Below are positions 58,569-64,000 of a stretch of DNA of 64,000 nucleotides, piece after piece; the stretch's first letter is position 1, and every line of letters starts with the position of its first letter. Below the pieces are notes generated by a model. It had not been told where the DNA came from. It worked only from the letters and a program-made list of their open reading frames with translations, and did not search any database. Origin of the DNA: an uncultured Candidatus Saccharibacteria bacterium (lineage in GTDB: Bacteria > Patescibacteriota > UBA1384 > 2-12-FULL-50-11). The stretch is taken from assembly GCA_964599405.1 (NCBI GenBank), contig CAZRED010000001.1, positions 149,942 through 213,941 on the forward strand, in the 5' to 3' direction. Position numbers and translations under genes: made by a program.

Positions 58569-59227
58569 TCTGGTAAACGGTCATATAGCGCATTGAGAGC
58601 GCTGGTTCGAAGAGCCCAGCCAGAGTCGCCATAGCTCCAGTGCCACCACTCGCCGACGTAATTTGTTAGGCCGACTGATTCCATGGCACCGGTTAGTAAT
58701 TGACGGTTCTTTCGCGTCTTTTCACTTAGCCCCTTGACGCTAGTTTCAGCACTTTCGGTGCTCCACGGTTCGTACGGCGAAGTCATATCCAACATCTTCC
58801 CAGTTTTATTGTCGATTAAATAAATATCAGCCGCTCCACCGGTTAAATGTGGGGGCGGACATCGGTCATCAGCGGGCGCTGAAAACTCATTAATTTTTCG
58901 CTGCAGTGCGGCTTTGGTCCAATTAGGGTACTTTTCGGTCATAATTTTTCGAACCCACTCGTTATTAGAACGTTGAACCTCGATCGGCCGAAAACCTTCA
59001 AAAATAACTAATTCAATTCCGGCTGGTAGTTTTTCCGCAGCCTCGGCAAGTTTTTTAGCGACCGTTTCGCGCAACAATATGCTGCGCTCAATGCCTGGCA
59101 TAACAGGATGTTCTTCAGCTTTGTGAACTCGCTTCGATAAGGATGTCGGATCAATCAACTTCTCGCCGTTATCCTCGATTGGTACGGCTCGCAGTTTCTT
59201 CAACGGCTCACCGAAGGACTTAGCCAT
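58565..59227 (-). CDS. D-Ala-D-Ala dipeptidase (M15/VanX-like)
   Basis: EGFRP, HLTGGAAD, EWWHWSYGD. Confidence 0.9.
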   Translation of the reverse strand: MAKSFGEPLKKLRAVPIEDNGEKLIDPTSLSKRVHKAEEHPVMPGIERSILLRETVAKKLAEAAEKLPAGIELVIFEGFRPIEVQRSNNEWVRKIMTEKYPNWTKAALQRKINEFSAPADDRCPPPHLTGGAADIYLIDNKTGKMLDMTSPYEPWSTESAETSVKGLSEKTRKNRQLLTGAMESVGLTNYVGEWWHWSYGDSGWALRTSALNALYDRLPE

Positions 59228-59627
59228 TTAAATATTCTAGGTAGAGTCGACAGCAGTCACCCATAACCTTCATTGATCCCAACTGCTTCTTTGGCTCAAA
59301 CCAGCCTAGCTCGATATAATCGTCAGAAGCTATTCTCGGCTCACCACTCTCGATAATTGCTTCGTAGTCGTGCATAAATAAGATGAAATCATCACGCTCT
59401 GACTTACCTTCGTTTATCAGCTTGCCGGTAGCTAACTCAATCCCAAGTTTATCTTTGCCGATTCGGTTAATAGTTTCTTCGGGGCTCTCTTCACCATCCA
59501 CGAAATACGATGGTAGACTCCAGGCAAGTGGGTAAGAGCGTTTACGAGCTGAGCGCTTCGCAAACAACGTTTTGCCCTTACTGTCATTGATAACCACAGA
59601 AATTGCGTGACGAACCGGCTTGCTCAT
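59220..59627 (-). CDS. NUDIX-fold hydrolase (degenerate box)
   Basis: KRSARKRSYPLAWSLP..GEESPEETINR. Confidence 0.75.
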   Translation of the reverse strand: MSKPVRHAISVVINDSKGKTLFAKRSARKRSYPLAWSLPSYFVDGEESPEETINRIGKDKLGIELATGKLINEGKSERDDFILFMHDYEAIIESGEPRIASDDYIELGWFEPKKQLGSMKVMGDCCRLYLEYLNG

Positions 59628-60361
59628 AAATGGTACGTATCCAAGAATCTGCCAATACTTTCGTTTATTTCTTTGATGGCTGTTGGGTGATAGCGGTAGT
59701 CGTGCTTGGACTTAATCTCATGGATTTCTTTTGGCTCAGCCGAGGATTCGTAAGCTTTCTGTACGTCTCCTGGTTCGGCCATCACATCCTCCGTGCCGTA
59801 AAAGAACAGCTTTGGTTTACTCCAGACTTTCAGTCCGGGCAGGGCGTTATACTTTTGACCATCTTCAAAATAGCTCAGAGGTAGTTTAAAAACCTTCTTT
59901 TTATCTGTCGGTGCAGTACCCGGCGGCAAGTCCCTAAAAGACTCGTCATAGCCCAGCGTTTTCGCGTTTTTTCCTGGAGGACTAGCCGGCCCGACGTTAG
60001 AAAATATGGCAACGATATGTGATACATGCGGATTGTTAGGTCCAGAGAGCATTGCCACGCTTCCACCCCTACTATGACCGGCCAGAACGGTTGGTTTGTT
60101 GCCAAAGTATTCGATTAACTCGTTTACTGCTTTGATGTAGTTGGTGGTGGTGTAAATATCAATTTCCCCGGCACTTTCCCAAGTTCCGGGCGGGTCAAAC
60201 GAGAGAGCTAAATATCCTTTTCCCGCCAAGTAATCTACAAGGCTCATGTTGTGAGCGTAGTCTTTGGTGTCTAAACGGCCGGGAATAACAATCGCGAGCT
60301 TGTCTGAATTTGGATCACCTTTGATGTATTCAGCCAGTTCAAAGCTTTTAGTTTTTATCAT
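59624..60361 (-). CDS. Alpha/beta hydrolase
   Basis: FDPPGTWES, GHSRGG, GTED, H near C-terminus. Confidence 0.85.
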   Translation of the reverse strand: MIKTKSFELAEYIKGDPNSDKLAIVIPGRLDTKDYAHNMSLVDYLAGKGYLALSFDPPGTWESAGEIDIYTTTNYIKAVNELIEYFGNKPTVLAGHSRGGSVAMLSGPNNPHVSHIVAIFSNVGPASPPGKNAKTLGYDESFRDLPPGTAPTDKKKVFKLPLSYFEDGQKYNALPGLKVWSKPKLFFYGTEDVMAEPGDVQKAYESSAEPKEIHEIKSKHDYRYHPTAIKEINESIGRFLDTYHL

Positions 60362-61013
60362 TGAAAACTATATGGTCGCCTTCACCGACAACTTCTAATT
60401 TGTCGCCTTCAATCTTGATCGCAGTGTTATCGTCAACTGCGTAAGTTGGAATATCTATTTCTTCTGCACATTTAGCGATCTTGTTCTCGCGCAAGTTAGT
60501 AAAGTATTCCGAGTTTAAGTGGGGCAAGAGACAGAAATCAACAATGCTAAGACCATCTTTGACGCCCATTTCGTTTGTTTCCCCTGGATAGAGAAAGTCG
60601 TTGTACGGAATATCGAGCCTTGGTCCCATCACCATACTGCCAGCGCTAATACCGACATAAATCTTTGATTCCAACAACCTCTGTAATATTTCAGCTAAGC
60701 CGGATTGGGTGATGTGCCACATTAGGTGAAAAGTGTTGCCGCCGCCCATAAAAATTATGTCGGCTTTTTCGAGTCGAGGCCTCCAGTTTTCCGGCTTCAC
60801 TGCGGCAATATCCACAATGTCGAGATATTTAAACCCACAGTCTCGTGTCTGAACCAAGTTCTCTATCAACCAAGTCTTTTCTTCGTTCACCGCACTGGCA
60901 GCTGTGGGGATAAAGACTGCTGAAAGCTCGGTTAATGGCTTTCCCGCTAATTGTTGCAGCACGTTTTTAAGTGTTGGGTTTGTGATACCCGAGGAAGTAA
61001 GAAGAGCCTTCAT
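60348..61013 (-). CDS. Peptidase E (S51)-like protein
   Basis: FIPTA, GGGNTF, GISAGS, LPH. Confidence 0.88.
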   Translation of the reverse strand: MKALLTSSGITNPTLKNVLQQLAGKPLTELSAVFIPTAASAVNEEKTWLIENLVQTRDCGFKYLDIVDIAAVKPENWRPRLEKADIIFMGGGNTFHLMWHITQSGLAEILQRLLESKIYVGISAGSMVMGPRLDIPYNDFLYPGETNEMGVKDGLSIVDFCLLPHLNSEYFTNLRENKIAKCAEEIDIPTYAVDDNTAIKIEGDKLEVVGEGDHIVFNDKN

Positions 61014-61016
61014 AAG

Positions 61017-61415
61017 CTACCCTAGCTTAACTGATCGCCACCAATAAGGCTGAACTTGTTTTAGCGATACCGATTGCCATTTAGTCGGATCGTTTTCTTG
61101 CGGAATTGCTACCTGCACTTCTCCACCAAACCAAAAGAAGCGTTCCTGGCAAATACCGCAAGGAGTATAAACGATTATCTGCCCAGTTTTATCGTTATTG
61201 GCGATACAAATTGAGGCGGCAATTTTCTTCTTTAATTTTTGGGCTTCACAAATTGGTCCAGCTTCAGCGCACAGACAAACTTGGTCGTGTGGACTTTCTG
61301 TTGAAACTCCGGTCAGAATTTGGCCATCTTCTGTATAACAAGCGCTCACAGCTTGATCGGGATGCTGTTCCAATAGTTCCTTTGCTGCACCGTACAATTT
61401 GTCATCAACTTTCAT
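61017..61415 (-). CDS. Cytidine deaminase-like protein
   Basis: LCAE and PCGICQE zinc motifs. Confidence 0.88.
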   Translation of the reverse strand: MKVDDKLYGAAKELLEQHPDQAVSACYTEDGQILTGVSTESPHDQVCLCAEAGPICEAQKLKKKIAASICIANNDKTGQIIVYTPCGICQERFFWFGGEVQVAIPQENDPTKWQSVSLKQVQPYWWRSVKLG

Positions 61416-61419
61416 ATTG

Positions 61420-61962
61420 CTAAAGTCTTTCTAGAAACTCTTTTAGTTTTTCAAATGGTTTGATTTGAATATAGGTTTTACGATCATCTTCCTCGCTTAA
61501 CGAAGCTCGAGTTACGGAATAGCCTTCGGGAATAAATATCCTGTCCCAACCAAAGCCGTTCTCGCCGGTCGGAGTTTCGGCAATCTCGCCGTTCATTGAA
61601 CCCTCAAATAGCTCTAGGCGCTCGCCGTCGTAATAACCAAATACGCATCGAGCGATCGCCTTTCGGTCTTTGCCGTCGAGCAATGAACAAATTGTTTCAA
61701 AAGGCATCTCGTCAACAAAGAAGCGGATGAAAGTGCCGGGTAACCGACCAAGGGCAGAGAATTCTAACGACACGTCCTCAACAATCACCGGCTTTTTAAT
61801 CTGCTCGTATGCCTGTTTAACTTTGTGTTCAACGATTTCTTTAAGATCTAACGATTGAAGCTCGTCCAGATCCAGCTTTTGATGTTCGACGGGAAACCCT
61901 AAAAATTTCGCTAAATAATCAGCTTTATTTTGATTGCCAGTAATAAATACGATTTCTTTCAT
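61420..61962 (-). CDS. Non-canonical purine NTP pyrophosphatase (HAM1/ITPase)
   Basis: FITGNQNK, VEDVSL, LPGTFI, GFGWDRIF. Confidence 0.92.
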   Translation of the reverse strand: MKEIVFITGNQNKADYLAKFLGFPVEHQKLDLDELQSLDLKEIVEHKVKQAYEQIKKPVIVEDVSLEFSALGRLPGTFIRFFVDEMPFETICSLLDGKDRKAIARCVFGYYDGERLELFEGSMNGEIAETPTGENGFGWDRIFIPEGYSVTRASLSEEDDRKTYIQIKPFEKLKEFLERL

Positions 61963-61969
61963 CTACTAA

Positions 61970-61999
61970 ATTGTACTCCTGAACCTGGGGTCAGTCGAG
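61970..61999 (-). promoter_or_regulatory. Junction-promoter site, copy 9, directly after the recombinase stop
   Basis: Minus strand CTCGACTGACCCCAGGTTCAGGAGTACAAT; 4 nt after TAG, ATG 7 nt downstream. Confidence 0.75.
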
Positions 62000-62003
62000 G
62001 CGG

Positions 62004-63359
62004 CTAGGAATTTAATGTAATCAGTTTTCGATTTTCTATGTAGAGGACGGTGCTTAGGCAGCTAACTAGCTGTCGCTTCTCTTCTTTGGCGCCTTCTTCA
62101 AAGATATGTCTGATGAAATTCTTGTGAAGGGTTTGCTCAACGCCCTCTTCGTCCATTCCCATGACACTGAAGCGCTGGAAAATGGCGAACTTTTCTTTCA
62201 GCCCTGGATTAATTTTGATCTGCTCGAGAGCCGGGTCGTCAAACCTAGATACTAACTCCTCAATTAAGATCTCTTCTCTAATATACGGTTCTGGGCAGTG
62301 AAGATCCCGGGCTTTGGTACAGTGGTAGTAGATATATTTATGCAAGCCTTTCTTGGTTTGCTTAGACTTCTCTTGAGCTGTAATTCCTGATCCACACGTA
62401 GCGCATTTAAATATTTTACTGAAAGTGAACGTCTTAGTACCCGGCCTGGTTTTCGGGTGGATAGCTAACTTCAGCTGAACTTCTTTAAATAGCTCTTTTG
62501 AGATGATTGGTTCGTAGGAACCCTTGTACCATTTGCCGCTACCGACTGGGAACTCAAACGTGCCGCAGTAATACGGATTATTGAGCATCCGATAAATTGA
62601 GCTTAGAGTCAGCAGCTTGCCGGTTCTCGTACGGAAATTAGCCTCGTTTTTATGCCAGGCGAAGATATCTCGCCCTGAAGCGCCAGCCGCTACTTTCTCG
62701 AACATTTCCTTAATAAACGGGGCTATCTTCTGATCTACAAAGACTTTCTTCAGACCCTTACCGGAATAGTGATCATTTAAGTAGCCAAGTGGTGTTAAAT
62801 TCGGGCGAAAACCGAGCTGGCACTTGGTTTTCATGCCTCGTTTGACGTTGACCCCTCGATTATCGTTCTCCAGCTTGGCTTGGGAGCAAAGGATCATCAG
62901 CAAAAATTTGTCATTTGGCGAGTTGGTAAAACTTTGTCCGTGAGTCCGGATTTGGGTCAGGTAACCGTTGTCCATCAGGTCAACAATTGCGCCTAGGTCC
63001 CCGGCATTGCGACTTAATCTATCCGGTGCCCAGCTAAGAATGCCCTGGAACACTCCACATCGAATGTCAGCGATTAATTGGTTGAAAACCGGCCTCTGGC
63101 CAGTCGCCTTGGCCGAATGGCTCTCTTGGCGAATTTCGATCACACTTATCCCTTCTGATTGAGCCTGAACGGTCATTTCCCGGATCTGGGATTCAATTGA
63201 AAGAGCTTGCCGTTCGTCGTCTTCGCTGCTTTTACGGGCATATAAACAGTAGTTAACTCTAACTACGGGCTTATCGGCTACGTTAACAGGATGACCGTTC
63301 TCTTCTTGTGGCAGAGTAATTGGCGATGTGTTGGTTAGCTGAACCTGTTCTTCTTCCAT
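62004..63359 (-). CDS. Large serine recombinase (resolvase + recombinase + zinc-ribbon domains)
   Basis: YARKSSE catalytic motif, DRLSRN, PLGY, CATCG...YYHC....C. Confidence 0.93.
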   Translation of the reverse strand: MEEEQVQLTNTSPITLPQEENGHPVNVADKPVVRVNYCLYARKSSEDDERQALSIESQIREMTVQAQSEGISVIEIRQESHSAKATGQRPVFNQLIADIRCGVFQGILSWAPDRLSRNAGDLGAIVDLMDNGYLTQIRTHGQSFTNSPNDKFLLMILCSQAKLENDNRGVNVKRGMKTKCQLGFRPNLTPLGYLNDHYSGKGLKKVFVDQKIAPFIKEMFEKVAAGASGRDIFAWHKNEANFRTRTGKLLTLSSIYRMLNNPYYCGTFEFPVGSGKWYKGSYEPIISKELFKEVQLKLAIHPKTRPGTKTFTFSKIFKCATCGSGITAQEKSKQTKKGLHKYIYYHCTKARDLHCPEPYIREEILIEELVSRFDDPALEQIKINPGLKEKFAIFQRFSVMGMDEEGVEQTLHKNFIRHIFEEGAKEEKRQLVSCLSTVLYIENRKLITLNS

Positions 63360-63405
63360 TTACAGGAGGAAGGGTACCGCCACGGTCTAGCAAGTCAAGC
63401 GAAAT

Positions 63406-63918
63406 TTAGGAGTAATTCTTTCGTAAAACGTCGAGCCTCTTTTTCAGCTCGTACGGGTCGTCAATGTGGTCCATTTTCTTGTCTTTCTGCCCGACGTCAG
63501 CCGTATGAACACTTATACCACCAATCTTGAGTAGCTTTCTTTCGAGAAATCCCTGCTCGACGGTGATATCGGTAATCTTTTCGTAATCGAGGCTAGTAGT
63601 TTTATGGCTTAGCCAGCCGGTATGGATAACCACTCTTTTATTGGTTAACGCATAAGCTCGAGCGGCCTTTAGATAAAAGGCGAAGTAGAAGAAGATGCTG
63701 CCAAAGATGATCAAGCTGATCCAAGTTCTCCCGAAGAACCACATTGCCAAAAGACCAATAATTATTGATATAGCCATACCAAGCATCATGTAGTTGTCGC
63801 TTACGCCGAACTCATGGACAATCTTTTCATCCTCGCTCAGAACCTTGTTCCAAATATCTGGATGCTCGAGCCTCACTCCCGCCTCCTTTGGCTGATCTAA
63901 ATTAGGGGATTCTAACAT
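63406..63918 (-). CDS. Membrane-flanked bacterial PH-domain protein
   Basis: 2 TM; YALTNKRV, KITDITVEQGFLER. Confidence 0.8.
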   Translation of the reverse strand: MLESPNLDQPKEAGVRLEHPDIWNKVLSEDEKIVHEFGVSDNYMMLGMAISIIIGLLAMWFFGRTWISLIIFGSIFFYFAFYLKAARAYALTNKRVVIHTGWLSHKTTSLDYEKITDITVEQGFLERKLLKIGGISVHTADVGQKDKKMDHIDDPYELKKRLDVLRKNYS

Positions 63919-64000
63919 TTCTTGGCGCCTTATTTGTAGTCTTCAACGGTCATGGTGTAGGTACCGAGCGAGTTCGAATCAATATAGTAGTCACCCTTCC

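Noticed and set aside
58565-59227. Vancomycin resistance cluster
   Set aside because: Only an M15 dipeptidase; no vanH/vanA/vanRS nearby, and ddl lies in a housekeeping context
58012-63359. Prophage or ICE
   Set aside because: No structural, replication or conjugation genes; no tRNA-Ser 3' duplication noticed near the recombinase

Overview
Bacterial chromosomal segment, most likely Patescibacteria/CPR (inferred from gene content, weak Shine-Dalgarno use and many apparently leaderless genes). Core blocks are lepA-murJ-lepB-ftsH (1-9.1 kb), ABC exporter-ddl-L,D-transpeptidase (13.3-17.4 kb) and rmuC-lysS...rpoD-dnaG (47.9-57.4 kb). They flank two accessory regions: about 19.7-47.7 kb downstream of tRNA-Asn and about 58-63.4 kb between tRNA-Ser and a large serine recombinase. 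Most striking observations: (1) a complete tRNA-Ile(UAU) gene nested inside the anticodon loop of a second tRNA gene (13084-13266), held in a long extended helix; (2) a recurring ~29-bp site CTCGACATT..AGGTTC..TA(C/G)AAT, present nine times, mostly 0-4 nt after one gene's stop and 6-9 nt before the next start, including right after the recombinase, which suggests a cassette-like array; (3) a WxL/DUF916/sortase F surface cluster whose WxL-like proteins carry an N-terminal (F/L)PNT motif; (4) a 21-bp mini-ORF repeat (MNCLED*) with an inverted copy 1.9 kb away; (5) an uncalled metallothionein-like gene. All family assignments come from reading motifs by eye; no searches were run.
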